From positions 31,901-95,900 of the IMG/VR virus record IMGVR_UViG_3300010163_003659: DNA of 64,000 bases; one strand, written 5' to 3'. Numbering within the stretch: the first letter of the stretch is position 1; each line of letters begins with the position of its first letter. The position numbers were made by a program, and so were the translations under genes. Below, piece after piece: positions 1-9,820 of this stretch. The stretch comes from a virus. Taxonomy: Duplodnaviria > Caudoviricetes. The notes under the pieces are model-generated. The model was not told where the DNA came from. It saw only the letters and a list, made by a program, of their open reading frames with translations, and ran no database searches.

Positions 1-14
1 ACTAGGAGGTTTGT

Positions 15-710
15 ATGGATGCTGAGGAAACAAAGAGGCAAAAAGCAAGGCAGCTTAGGTATAAAAAGCCAATAGCAAAGAACCTAAATTTAATGACTAT
101 CCGAGAGGAGCTGTGGGATATTCAAGAGGAATGCGAAGATGTTCATTGGTATGCTGATACAGACGAAGAAACTTTAATAAATGCGCTGGATGGAAACGAA
201 GATGAAGCATACGAATTTAGAATGATGTTCGGAGACCTATGTGCTGAATGCGAAAGAATGCTTGAAGACTTAAACGAAGAATGGATTCCTGATTGTTTCG
301 ATCAGTTTTTTGTGGCAATAGGAGCTGGTGAGGATTTTGGAGGGCTTTTAGGATACGATTCCTATGAACAGGACTATTTCGGTTTATCCTGTACTGATGC
401 CTATGCAGAGGATGAAAGCAAAAAAATTCTCAAACGACTGACAAAAGATGATTTGATAGCGGCGGCCAGACAGTGCTTTAAGGTTTACCAATCATTTATA
501 GCATTAAGGCACAGGTATGATTGCCTAAAAGCTGCTATTGATATCCTACGAGATCAGAATACTGGTTATCTGCAGATGGTTAAGCAGATAGAAGAAGCAT
601 ATGAAAAAGCCGAAAAAGAATCACTCGGATTTCGTTTTGACTTTGGTGAAGGGGTAAGGGAGTTGGATAGGATTTTAGGAAACATGCCACAAGAAGCATG
701 GATACAATGA
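15..710 (+). CDS. Acidic phage hypothetical protein
   Basis: 231-aa ORF with GGAGG RBS; no motif recognised. Confidence 0.7.
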   Translation: MDAEETKRQKARQLRYKKPIAKNLNLMTIREELWDIQEECEDVHWYADTDEETLINALDGNEDEAYEFRMMFGDLCAECERMLEDLNEEWIPDCFDQFFVAIGAGEDFGGLLGYDSYEQDYFGLSCTDAYAEDESKKILKRLTKDDLIAAARQCFKVYQSFIALRHRYDCLKAAIDILRDQNTGYLQMVKQIEEAYEKAEKESLGFRFDFGEGVRELDRILGNMPQEAWIQ

Positions 711-722
711 GGAAATATCGAG

Positions 723-1058
723 ATGAAAGGGCAGCTGAGATTTGATGAATTCATGAATATATCAGAGGAAAAACCACAGCAGGAAATCAACGGGTGCGTT
801 AAGCAGAGAACTCCGATGGCGGATCCATGTTATTACTGTTTGTGCAATTCCTGTATAAACAATGCAGAAAGTACAACAGTTAACCTGGGTGGGGATAAAT
901 TTCCGAATGATTGGGAGGCGTGTTTCTTTTGCGATGATTGTCGGAAATTTGATGGCAACACTGCAAAAAGAAATATGGAAAGGGAACAATGTGATAGGTA
1001 TGAAATTGATGATTATCATGCGAAAAAGAACCGAAAGAAATTCAAAGTTGTCAAGTGA
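723..1058 (+). CDS. Cys-rich phage hypothetical protein
   Basis: CxxCxCxxC and CxxCxxC clusters; in co-oriented gene string. Confidence 0.6.
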   Translation: MKGQLRFDEFMNISEEKPQQEINGCVKQRTPMADPCYYCLCNSCINNAESTTVNLGGDKFPNDWEACFFCDDCRKFDGNTAKRNMEREQCDRYEIDDYHAKKNRKKFKVVK

Positions 1059-1109
1059 TTTAAGAGATATGTAACTCTTTTACATAACTGGAATACGGAA
1101 GGAAGAAGT

Positions 1110-1328
1110 ATGGATGTAAATAAAATCGATGGAGAGCAATATTGTATGTACTGCAATTACTGGAAAAAAGTTGATGGTAGGTGTCAGTGCATTCATAAAA
1201 AAGCAAAGAAGTGTTGGTTTGCAAATCAGCTCAACGGATGCGATTGTTTTGAAGGAGAATTGCAACCAAAGCAGGACTGGTCAAAAGCATGGTCTGTCGG
1301 ATATAGACCAAGCACATTCAGCAAATAG
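1110..1328 (+). CDS. Small Cys-rich phage protein
   Basis: 72 aa, GTG start, CxxC motifs. Confidence 0.45.
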   Translation: MDVNKIDGEQYCMYCNYWKKVDGRCQCIHKKAKKCWFANQLNGCDCFEGELQPKQDWSKAWSVGYRPSTFSK

Positions 1329-1340
1329 GAGGCAACGACT

Positions 1341-1541
1341 ATGGCTCATAAAGAAAAGTATTGTATGTACTGGTACTGTAAAAGGAACGGAGGAACTACT
1401 TGCTGGGACTGGGGAAATAAATGGGCAGGAAGACCTTGCCCTAATGATGAACGTTGTGAAAAGTATCGAATCTGTAAAAACTGCAATGGTGTTATGGGAG
1501 AGTGCCGGACATACCAGAAAGTGAAGCGGGGTGAATTGTAA
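1341..1541 (+). CDS. Small Cys-rich phage protein
   Basis: AGGAGG RBS; stop overlaps next start. Confidence 0.6.
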   Translation: MAHKEKYCMYWYCKRNGGTTCWDWGNKWAGRPCPNDERCEKYRICKNCNGVMGECRTYQKVKRGEL

Positions 1542-1981
1542 TGTATAAGCAAAGTCAATTATGGTTTTTCTTCCGATTTCTCCAGGAGGTAGAAAAGGAA
1601 CTATCCAAAGAAGAGGAAAAGCAGGTGATGATTGAAAAAGCTATCAATTTGAAGCTCATGTGTGATTATGTTGTCAGCTGTTCCTATGGTGATATTGTTC
1701 TGATTATCTGTATGCTGCGCGATTATGTGAAAATGCTGGATGAGGTAAGAAGTGACATTCAATGGGAGGTTTACTACCGAGAGAAATTTATCAAAATGGC
1801 AGATAGGTTGTCAGAACAGATTGAATACGATTATGATGCGGCATTGGAAAAGTGCAAAAAGAAATTAGAGAAAAAAGAAAGCTCTAGTGATGTTGGTGAA
1901 GAGGCTATGGCCCTGGCGGTGAAGCATACCAAAGGAAAGAAAACGAGGAAAGAAAAGGAGGGCTTGAATGGAAAGAATTGA
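1541..1981 (+). CDS. Phage hypothetical protein
   Basis: Translationally coupled ORF. Confidence 0.6.
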   Translation: MYKQSQLWFFFRFLQEVEKELSKEEEKQVMIEKAINLKLMCDYVVSCSYGDIVLIICMLRDYVKMLDEVRSDIQWEVYYREKFIKMADRLSEQIEYDYDAALEKCKKKLEKKESSSDVGEEAMALAVKHTKGKKTRKEKEGLNGKN

Positions 1982-2447
1982 TTGTGAAAAGTGCAGAAAT
2001 GGACACTTTTATGAAGGCGATAAATTACGTTGCAGGCTAAGGAAATGTCAACCAGATTATGAGGATATGCAGGAGGCGAGGCAAGCATTATGCAAAGCTT
2101 TCCCAAAGAGTTTTATAAACAAGAAAGATGAATTCATTGCTGAGGAAAGAAGTAATCAATATTTTATGCTGAGTGATTGTGAATATCCAGAAGATATAGA
2201 TTGCAAAGTATTGGAATGGTTATCGAGGGCTGCATGCAAAGGAGCTCCCTTTAATCAGGAGTGGAGAAATCGTAAATTCAGAAAATTTATGTTGGATGGA
2301 ATAAATAATTTTCTTGACACAAATTTTTCTGAGGAAGAGATGGGAGAAATATATACATATTTAGGGAATGCATGCAACCATACGAAAACCATGCAATTTG
2401 TAGAAAGCGGTTTTGATATAAAAGTTTTGAAGGAGGTGGCAACATAA
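1968..2447 (+). CDS. Phage hypothetical protein
   Basis: AGGAGG RBS; overlapping gene string. Confidence 0.65.
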   Translation: MERIDCEKCRNGHFYEGDKLRCRLRKCQPDYEDMQEARQALCKAFPKSFINKKDEFIAEERSNQYFMLSDCEYPEDIDCKVLEWLSRAACKGAPFNQEWRNRKFRKFMLDGINNFLDTNFSEEEMGEIYTYLGNACNHTKTMQFVESGFDIKVLKEVAT

Positions 2448-2752
2448 TGAACATTAATGATTTGATTTGTGAACTTTTAGAAGAGCCTGTGACACAAGAG
2501 GATAATGGCATAGAGTTCACAAGCAGAAGCGTAGAGCTGATACATGAAATTGCAGAAATGTGTAATGAGATTCCCATTGTGCAGAAGACAAAGGAGCAGG
2601 CGGAAGACTACGCAGAGGGGTTATCTGCAGAGCAGGTATATATGGATATGCTAGTTAAGATTGTGGAGGCACCGACGGCAATTCACATGAAAATGTCGGC
2701 AAAAATGCTGATACCGATTATAAGTCGGAAGCTGAAAGAGAGGGGATTGTGA
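2447..2752 (+). CDS. Phage hypothetical protein
   Basis: GGAGGT RBS; TAATG coupling. Confidence 0.65.
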   Translation: MNINDLICELLEEPVTQEDNGIEFTSRSVELIHEIAEMCNEIPIVQKTKEQAEDYAEGLSAEQVYMDMLVKIVEAPTAIHMKMSAKMLIPIISRKLKERGL

Positions 2753-3306
2753 TGGATAGAAAAAAGACAACGGAGTTCCTTGGGAACTTGCTCATTTCAG
2801 ATAGGTTTGGAGGAATAGGAAAATATTGGGCGAAGGAAGTCAGCATAGATCCATGGGCGGCCAAAGGCAAACCTAAAAGGGTTGACTATATGCAATTCGT
2901 TCCAGCTGGGCAGTGCTCTGTGTCAGATATAGAAAAAGGTATATTTGTCTGCTATGAAATCAAGAGCTGCAAGCAGGATGTTTACAGTGGAAACGGATTA
3001 AATTTTCTCGGAGAGAAGAACTACATAGTGACAACAATGGAATGTTATAAAGACTTGTTGCAGGATTTTCGAGATGGAACATTTGCAAGACATCTGCACG
3101 AAGTAGCTCCAGAATCATCTTCGCATTTTGGAATAATGGTAGCAATACCTTTTATGTCTGAAATGACGGATGAATTTGAAAATCCAACAGAAATTGATTG
3201 TGAGAATGGTCGATGGAAGCTGGCCGTTATACAGCAATGTGTCCCAGGACTAAGAAAAAAACCAATGACAGAGCTATTGTTTTGTATGCTGAGAAGTGGG
3301 CATTAA
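2749..3306 (+). CDS. Putative PD-(D/E)xK nuclease-fold protein (MmcB-like)
   Basis: E..RVDY..CYEIKSC motif spacing. Confidence 0.5.
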   Translation: MMDRKKTTEFLGNLLISDRFGGIGKYWAKEVSIDPWAAKGKPKRVDYMQFVPAGQCSVSDIEKGIFVCYEIKSCKQDVYSGNGLNFLGEKNYIVTTMECYKDLLQDFRDGTFARHLHEVAPESSSHFGIMVAIPFMSEMTDEFENPTEIDCENGRWKLAVIQQCVPGLRKKPMTELLFCMLRSGH

Positions 3307-4063
3307 AGAATGGGAGGAATGTAGAGTGATAAGACCTATTTTGTTTAATACAGACATGGTTAAATCAGTATTGGACGGAAGAAAAACAGTAACTAGACGA
3401 TGTGTAAAAGCAAAGAGCAAAAATGCTTGTGGGTTCTATGTTACATTCAGAAAATCAGACAATGCGTTTATGGGTGTATATGATTATGACGAAAATGAAA
3501 TGCAGTATGATAATCAACAGACACAGCCTGCATATCCGGGAGATATTCTATGGGTAAGAGAAACATGGAGAGTAGGGGCATGGGACATTCAAAATCAAAT
3601 GATAGCATTTGATTATAAAGATGGAACCTGCGGAGAACTTACATACATACATGACAGGGAATTGCTTGAAAGACTGGTAAACCAATCAAGAGAGAATGCC
3701 CAAAAAGCCGGGTGCAAATACAATGGTGCTGATTTTATCTGGAAAAAAGGGAAATCTCCTTGCCGGTGGCATCCTTCTATCCACATGTCAAAAGAAGCGG
3801 CTCGTATCTGGCTCAAGGTTACGGATGTGAGAGTGGAGCGGTTACAGGATATAAGTGGTATGGATGTATTAAAAGAGGGAGTTAATAGCCATGTGCATCC
3901 AGAAGCGGACTATTTTGACGTGAATCAACGAGAAATGTTTCAAAGTCTATGGAATTCCACAATAGATAAAAAGCAGATTGATACATACGGATGGGAAGCT
4001 AATCCATGGGTGTGGGTGATAGAATTTGAACGGTGCGAAAAACCAGAGGGGTGGTGCGTATGA
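3296..4063 (+). CDS. ASCH/PUA-like phage protein (true start may be ~3326)
   Basis: RPILFNxxMV..GRKTVTRR, GDILWVRETW, WHPSIHM, VERLQDIS, W.ANPWVWVIEF motifs. Confidence 0.7.
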   Translation: MGIKEWEECRVIRPILFNTDMVKSVLDGRKTVTRRCVKAKSKNACGFYVTFRKSDNAFMGVYDYDENEMQYDNQQTQPAYPGDILWVRETWRVGAWDIQNQMIAFDYKDGTCGELTYIHDRELLERLVNQSRENAQKAGCKYNGADFIWKKGKSPCRWHPSIHMSKEAARIWLKVTDVRVERLQDISGMDVLKEGVNSHVHPEADYFDVNQREMFQSLWNSTIDKKQIDTYGWEANPWVWVIEFERCEKPEGWCV

Positions 4064-4263
4064 TTTGCCTGAATTGTGGAAGAAAACTAAGAAGTGCAGC
4101 AAGCAGGGAGGCGGGGTATGGACCTGTCTGCTACAGAAAAATGTTCGGTACCAGCCTGCGAAGCAGTCGCAAAGACAGTGTTTCAGTGACGGCTGATACC
4201 CCCTACTACAATATCCCTGGTCAAATGACGATGGATGAATACCTGCAGAGAGATTCAGAATGA
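4060..4263 (+). CDS. Zn-finger protein (DUF6011-like)
   Basis: CxxCGRKL...S...GYGPVC. Confidence 0.65.
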   Translation: MICLNCGRKLRSAASREAGYGPVCYRKMFGTSLRSSRKDSVSVTADTPYYNIPGQMTMDEYLQRDSE

Positions 4264-4363
4264 ATGGAAAAAGGAGAGTGCTTTCGCAACCCTCCCAACA
4301 GACAGTTATATTATATCATAATTCGATATGAATTAGAAATAAATTTCAAGGAGGTGCGAAAGC

Positions 4364-4954
4364 ATGGATAGCCAGACAACAGACAATAAGACTTTAGTGG
4401 TTCTGACACATGAACAGCTAAAGGATATTTATGAGAATGCGGCTGCTATTGGAGCGAAAGAGGCTCTGAAAATGTTCGAGCAGGAACGGAAGAAAGAGCA
4501 GGGGAAAAGAGCGGATCGGCGGCTGAGGAATACCAAGCTGCTGCTTCGTAATTATCATATGCTGAAGGAACACGCAGAAAATTCAGTTTTTGGAAGAACT
4601 CAGATGGAGGAATCCGCAATAGATATTCTGGAATCAATGATGTCAATGTACGACAATGAGGTAATTATCGAAAGCATAAAGCGGAGCGCCACCAGAACTG
4701 CAGTTATTGTTTCCCATATAGAAACAATGTTTGGGCTGTATGAGGCGTATTGTGGCAAGGCTCCAAACCGGGAAATTGAAATGAGGCGGTACGAGGTTGT
4801 ATGGGATATGTATATGGCGGATAATACCTTATCGGCAAAGGAGATTGCAGATAAGCAGAACATATCTACTAGAAATGTATATGAGGACATCAAAGTTGCG
4901 ACAGAAAGATTATCAGCCCTTATTTTTGGGGTGGATGGATTGAAAGTTCATTAA
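4364..4954 (+). CDS. Putative late-gene transcriptional activator with C-terminal HTH
   Basis: RLRNTKLLLRNY; C-terminal sigma-region-4-like HTH; lies before packaging module. Confidence 0.6.
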   Translation: MDSQTTDNKTLVVLTHEQLKDIYENAAAIGAKEALKMFEQERKKEQGKRADRRLRNTKLLLRNYHMLKEHAENSVFGRTQMEESAIDILESMMSMYDNEVIIESIKRSATRTAVIVSHIETMFGLYEAYCGKAPNREIEMRRYEVVWDMYMADNTLSAKEIADKQNISTRNVYEDIKVATERLSALIFGVDGLKVH

Positions 4955-5039
4955 ATCCGCCATCTGCAAAAATTCTTCCTTGATTTTTCAATATAAAAGT
5001 GAGAAAATTGTACTCGTAAAATTCTGAATCGAACATCGG

Positions 5040-5071
5040 AGGAAGTCTGAGGCTATCGGACTTCCTTTTTT
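5040..5071 (+). terminator. Intrinsic terminator-like hairpin
   Basis: GGAAGTCTGA..TCGGACTTCC followed by T-run. Confidence 0.5.
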
Positions 5072-5151
5072 CGTGCAGTTTTTCCGAGAAAGGAGAGAAT
5101 CAGACACAGGAAAGCATGAAGCTCCTCCAATATAAAAAATGGAGGAAAAGC

Positions 5152-6537
5152 ATGGATTATACTTTGATTGTGCTGTTGACCTATGCAGTAACAATGTTTG
5201 GGGTAACAGTATTTATGACGAAAAAAGAGAACAATATCGAGAAATTCTGTGTTGGAAACAGGAATGCCGGCTGGATGGTGTCGGCATTGAGCATAGCTGC
5301 CACATGGATATGGGCGCCAGCTCTGTTCACATCAACTGAGAATGCCTACACAAAGGGTTTTGCAGGGCTCTTTTGGTTTCTGGTACCGAACGTACTGTGT
5401 CTGATATTGTTCATTCCCTTTGCAAAGAAGATAAGGGAAGAAATGCCGGAGGGAATTACATTGTCCGGCTATATGTATGGGAAATATCATTCCAAAGCTG
5501 TGAAAAACGTATATCTGTTCCAACTCGGCGCATTGTCGGCATTATCAACGGGAGTGCAGCTGTTGGCGGGCAGCAAGATATTAAGTATGCTTACCGGGAT
5601 ACCGTTCGCAGCTATGACAATTATTATGGCTGCGATTGCATTTTCATACTCACAGTTCTCCGGGATAAAAGCATCAATACTGACAGATGCGCTCCAGATG
5701 GTATTCATGTTGGCCGCCAGCATCGGTTTTGTTGCTTTTGGTGTAAAGAATGGTGGAGGGTTGGAAACACTGGTTACGGGTTTAGGAGGAGCCGCAGGGG
5801 ATGCCGGATCATTATTCTCAAAGAGAGGATGGGAAATCTTTTTAGGATTCGGACTTCCAACAACGATAGGACTTATCTCAGGACCGTTTGGAGACCAGTG
5901 CTTTTGGCAGAGGGCATTTTGTGTTAGAAAAGACAGAATAGGTAGGGCTTTCTTTGTGGGAGCGCTGCTGTTTGGGATTGTGCCTTTGTCAATGGGTGTG
6001 CTTGGCTTTATCGGTTCTGGCATGGGATATGTCGCAGCGGATACCGGAATAATCAATTTTGAATTGATAAGCACACTATTCCCGGCATGGGCGGTCATCC
6101 CGTTCCTGTTTATGATTGTATCGGGGCTGCTGTCGACGATAGATAGCAACTTGTGTGCAATATCATCCCTCACAACAGACATTTTCAAGGAAAAGACACT
6201 CGGAAAAACAAAGTTCGCTATGATTTTACTGTTGGCTGTTGGAATTACCGTAGCCAACATACCAGGATTGACAGTAACGCACCTGTTCCTGATGTACGGA
6301 ACATTAAGGGCTGCTACCCTGCTCCCGACGATATTTACCCTTAAAGGAATAGAATTGAAACCGAGGGGAATTGTTGCAGGAATTATATCTGCTTTGATTA
6401 TCGGCTTGCCGATATTCGGATATGGAAATATACAGGGAATTGCGATTTATAAGACCGCAGGCAGTCTTTTGACAGTTATTCTTTCTGGAGCGGTGGCTCT
6501 GGCAGTAAGCAGAAAGAGAGGTGTACGGAATGGGTGA
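5152..6537 (+). CDS. Sodium:solute symporter (SSS) family transporter
   Basis: ~13 hydrophobic helices; ALSIAATWIWAPALF, GIKASILTDALQ, DQCFWQRAF, GLLSTIDS motifs. Confidence 0.85.
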   Translation: MDYTLIVLLTYAVTMFGVTVFMTKKENNIEKFCVGNRNAGWMVSALSIAATWIWAPALFTSTENAYTKGFAGLFWFLVPNVLCLILFIPFAKKIREEMPEGITLSGYMYGKYHSKAVKNVYLFQLGALSALSTGVQLLAGSKILSMLTGIPFAAMTIIMAAIAFSYSQFSGIKASILTDALQMVFMLAASIGFVAFGVKNGGGLETLVTGLGGAAGDAGSLFSKRGWEIFLGFGLPTTIGLISGPFGDQCFWQRAFCVRKDRIGRAFFVGALLFGIVPLSMGVLGFIGSGMGYVAADTGIINFELISTLFPAWAVIPFLFMIVSGLLSTIDSNLCAISSLTTDIFKEKTLGKTKFAMILLLAVGITVANIPGLTVTHLFLMYGTLRAATLLPTIFTLKGIELKPRGIVAGIISALIIGLPIFGYGNIQGIAIYKTAGSLLTVILSGAVALAVSRKRGVRNG

Positions 6538-7315
6538 TGTACTTGGCAGAAAGCAGAGGATACAAAACTCTGATTGGATAGATGCATTTGGGAAAATAGA
6601 ACAGCTGGTGTCGAAGAAGGAACTGGATCAGCTGGTCGAAAAGACAGTAAAAGAGATTAAGAAGAAAACCAAAGGGAAGAAGGCCGCCTATGCATGGAGC
6701 GGTGGAAAGGATTCCCTGGTACTCGGTGAAATCTGCCAGCGGGCAGGGATAACCCCTTGCGTCCTCGTAATCAGTAATTTGGAGTATAAAGCATTTATAG
6801 AATGGGTAGAGGGGCATAAGCCTCCGGAATTGTCCATAATCAACACAGGGCAGGATATAAAATGGTTGGCCGATCATCTGCAGATGCTTTTCCCACAGGA
6901 CAGCAAATTTGCGGCAAGGTGGTTTCAGATTGTACAGCATAGAGGTCAAACAAAATATTACAAGGAGCAGGAACTGGATATGCTGCTGCTTGGAAGGCGG
7001 AGAGCTGACGGAAATTATGTTGGCAAGGGAGATAACATTTACACCAACGGACAGGGGGTAACAAGATACAGTCCCATGTCTGATTGGACGCATGAGCAGG
7101 TGTTGGCATATATCCATTATTATAATCTGGAAATGCCGCCGATTTATGACTGGAAAAACGGTTATCTCTGCGGAACGCATCCATGGCCGGCAAGGCAGTG
7201 GACCGGGAGCGTGGAAAATGCCTGGGCAGAAATTTACGAGATTGACAGCTCCATTGTAACCGAGGCGGCAGAGCATATCCAGAGTGCAAAAGACTTTCTG
7301 GAAAGCCTTAAATAA
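6530..7315 (+). CDS. PAPS-reductase-family (PP-loop) protein
   Basis: AWSGGKDS, LLGRRRADG, PMSDWT...YI. Confidence 0.85.
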   Translation: MGDVLGRKQRIQNSDWIDAFGKIEQLVSKKELDQLVEKTVKEIKKKTKGKKAAYAWSGGKDSLVLGEICQRAGITPCVLVISNLEYKAFIEWVEGHKPPELSIINTGQDIKWLADHLQMLFPQDSKFAARWFQIVQHRGQTKYYKEQELDMLLLGRRRADGNYVGKGDNIYTNGQGVTRYSPMSDWTHEQVLAYIHYYNLEMPPIYDWKNGYLCGTHPWPARQWTGSVENAWAEIYEIDSSIVTEAAEHIQSAKDFLESLK

Positions 7316-7438
7316 ATACGCTGACATTTGACAGCACTTGCAAGCGGTTGTTTGCAGGCTGTCTTTTTGCTATTTGCAGATAGCACATATATATCATACA
7401 TCAATCGTTCCTCCAATAAATCACAGGAGGATACGAAC

Positions 7439-8065
7439 ATGGAAATAACCACAATGAAACTGGCTGACCTTGTTAAGCCGGAGAAGAATGTCAGAATCCA
7501 TACCGAACAGCAGCTGAAGGAGTTTAGGCGCAGCGTGAAGATGTTCGGACAGATCCGCCCTATTGTTGTTGACGAGAACAACATCATTCTGGCGGGAAAT
7601 GGTCTGTACGATACACTCATTGCTATGGGGAAAGAAACAGCAGATGTATATCGGTATGACAATCTCACTGAAAATCAGAAAAAGAAGCTGATGATAGCAG
7701 ACAACAAGATTTTCAGCCTGGGTATTGAGAACTTGGAAACACTGAACAGCTTTTTGGAGGACCTGCAGGGAGATTTGGATATCCCTGGCTTTGATGAAGA
7801 AATCTTAAAGCAGATGGTCTCCGAGGCTGAGGATATTACAGATAAGCTCTCCGAATATGGAACGCTTGATGATGAAGAGATTCAGAGTATCAAGGAAAAT
7901 GCTGAAAGGAAAGAGCAGCAGATACAAAAGATTGAATCAGGACAGGAGCAGACGCCACAATCGGCGCTTCCGTCACAGCAGGATCCAGAGGGAGGTAATG
8001 AAGAAACCACCGAAGTAAGAAAATTCGTTACCTGTCCTAATTGCGGAGAAAAGATATGGCTATAA
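7439..8065 (+). CDS. ParB/Srx N-terminal domain protein with C-terminal Zn ribbon
   Basis: FGQIRPIVVDENNIILAGNG..IADNK; TCPNCG; AGGAGG RBS. Confidence 0.8.
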   Translation: MEITTMKLADLVKPEKNVRIHTEQQLKEFRRSVKMFGQIRPIVVDENNIILAGNGLYDTLIAMGKETADVYRYDNLTENQKKKLMIADNKIFSLGIENLETLNSFLEDLQGDLDIPGFDEEILKQMVSEAEDITDKLSEYGTLDDEEIQSIKENAERKEQQIQKIESGQEQTPQSALPSQQDPEGGNEETTEVRKFVTCPNCGEKIWL

Positions 8066-9204
8066 AGAGATGTCCGGCCAGCATTGATGTTGTAGAGGCA
8101 GCAAAAATCAGAATCCGAAATGTATTTCGGAACGGTCTGCCGGTATATATGTCCTTTAGCGGTGGAAAAGACAGTTTGTGCCTGTCGCAGCTCGTAATGA
8201 ATCTGATACAGACAGGAGAAATCAACCCGGCACAGCTGACTGTGCAATTTATTGATGAAGAAGCCATATTCCCATGCATGGATGAAAAGGTAAGGGAATG
8301 GCGAAAAAAATTTATGCTTGTTGGAGCAAAGTTTGAGTGGTTCTGCCTCGAGGTGAAACACTACAACTGCTTTAATGAACTGTCCAACGACGAAACATTC
8401 ATTTGTTGGGACAGATATAAAAAGGATGTTTGGGTAAGACAGCCGCCATCATTCGCAATCCAAAATCACCCGCTGTTGAAACCCCGGACAGATGCGTATC
8501 AAGATTTTCTTCCAAGGGTATGTTCTGATGGGGTAACGATAACTGGGATAAGGACGGCGGAATCGGTTCAAAGATTACAGAATGTGGCAACCATGCTGAA
8601 AGCAGGGAAGACCGCAACGAACAAGCACCAGGTATTTCCTCTGTATGACTGGACCAATAACGATGTGTGGTTGTACCTTCTTCGAGAAAAGGTAGACATA
8701 CCAGAGATTTATCTATTCTTGTGGCAGTCCGGCACAAGAAAGGGGCAGCTTAGGGTATCGCAGTTCTTTTCTATTGATACCGCCAAAAGCCTTGTGAAAA
8801 TGAATGAGTATTATCCTGACCTTATGGAGAGGATAGTTCGCCGGGAGCCTAACGCATATCTCGCCGCTTTATATTGGGATAGTGAAATGTTTGGAAGAAG
8901 CACGACAGCCAGAAAGCAGAATGAGAAAGGGAAAGCAGAGAAAGATTATAAAGCCGCCCTTTTGGAGTTGTTTTCTGATATGGATGGTAATTTCCAAACA
9001 AAACACAAGAGATATGTGGCCGAACGGTATAGGAATTTCTTTATGAGCGTTTCTGCCATTGCAGACAATAAGGACTGCAAAGCTATTTATGAAGGGCTCA
9101 TTTCCGGTGATCCAAAGCTGCGGTCGTTCCGGGCATTGTATCAGCGGATATATGGTAAATATATCACAGAAGCCAAAAAGAAGGAGGGAATGCGAAATGG
9201 ATAG
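8056..9204 (+). CDS. PAPS-reductase-family protein (IbrA-like)
   Basis: SFSGGKDS, FIDEE, GIRTAESVQR, PLYDWTNNDVW, LRVSQFF. Confidence 0.85.
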   Translation: MAIKRCPASIDVVEAAKIRIRNVFRNGLPVYMSFSGGKDSLCLSQLVMNLIQTGEINPAQLTVQFIDEEAIFPCMDEKVREWRKKFMLVGAKFEWFCLEVKHYNCFNELSNDETFICWDRYKKDVWVRQPPSFAIQNHPLLKPRTDAYQDFLPRVCSDGVTITGIRTAESVQRLQNVATMLKAGKTATNKHQVFPLYDWTNNDVWLYLLREKVDIPEIYLFLWQSGTRKGQLRVSQFFSIDTAKSLVKMNEYYPDLMERIVRREPNAYLAALYWDSEMFGRSTTARKQNEKGKAEKDYKAALLELFSDMDGNFQTKHKRYVAERYRNFFMSVSAIADNKDCKAIYEGLISGDPKLRSFRALYQRIYGKYITEAKKKEGMRNG

Positions 9205-9718
9205 TAAGATGATAAGCCCTCTTGATACTCTGCAATGGGTAGACAGGGGCATGGTAAAACCAAATGATTATAACCCGAACAAAGTATCGAAACAAAATCT
9301 GGAACTGCTGAAGCAGTCCATTTTAACCAACGGATGGACATTGCCGATTGTGGTGAGGCCGGATTTTACGATTATTGACGGATTCCACCGTTGGACCGTT
9401 GCAGGAGAAGAGCCTCTGGTTTCCATGTTGGAAGGGAAGGTTCCGGTTGTTATTGTAGAACATAAAGACAAAGCAGGAAATATTTACGGTACTGTAACCC
9501 ATAACAGGGCAAGAGGCACACATTTGCTAGAGCCTATGAAAGCAATCGTTAAGGAATTGATGAGCGAAGGTAAGACGGTGGAGGAAATCGGAAAGCAGCT
9601 CGGCATGAGACCGGAAGAAATCTTCCGTCTTTCTGAGTTTTCAAAAGAGGACTTCCTGAAAATGATGATTAAGCCGAATGAGGGCTATTCAAAAGCGGAG
9701 TTCATAACGAAGATTTAA
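9197..9718 (+). CDS. ParB-like nuclease-domain protein (IbrB-like)
   Basis: PNDYNPN, GWTLPIVV, IIDGFHR, HNRARGTH. Confidence 0.85.
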   Translation: MDSKMISPLDTLQWVDRGMVKPNDYNPNKVSKQNLELLKQSILTNGWTLPIVVRPDFTIIDGFHRWTVAGEEPLVSMLEGKVPVVIVEHKDKAGNIYGTVTHNRARGTHLLEPMKAIVKELMSEGKTVEEIGKQLGMRPEEIFRLSEFSKEDFLKMMIKPNEGYSKAEFITKI

Positions 9719-9820
9719 TGATAAATCAATAAATATGCGTGAGAGCCACACACCGGGGAGCGTATGCTCTCCTTTTTGCGTTCCCACGATTGCAAAAACG
9801 AATAGAAGAGAGGTGGTGAT

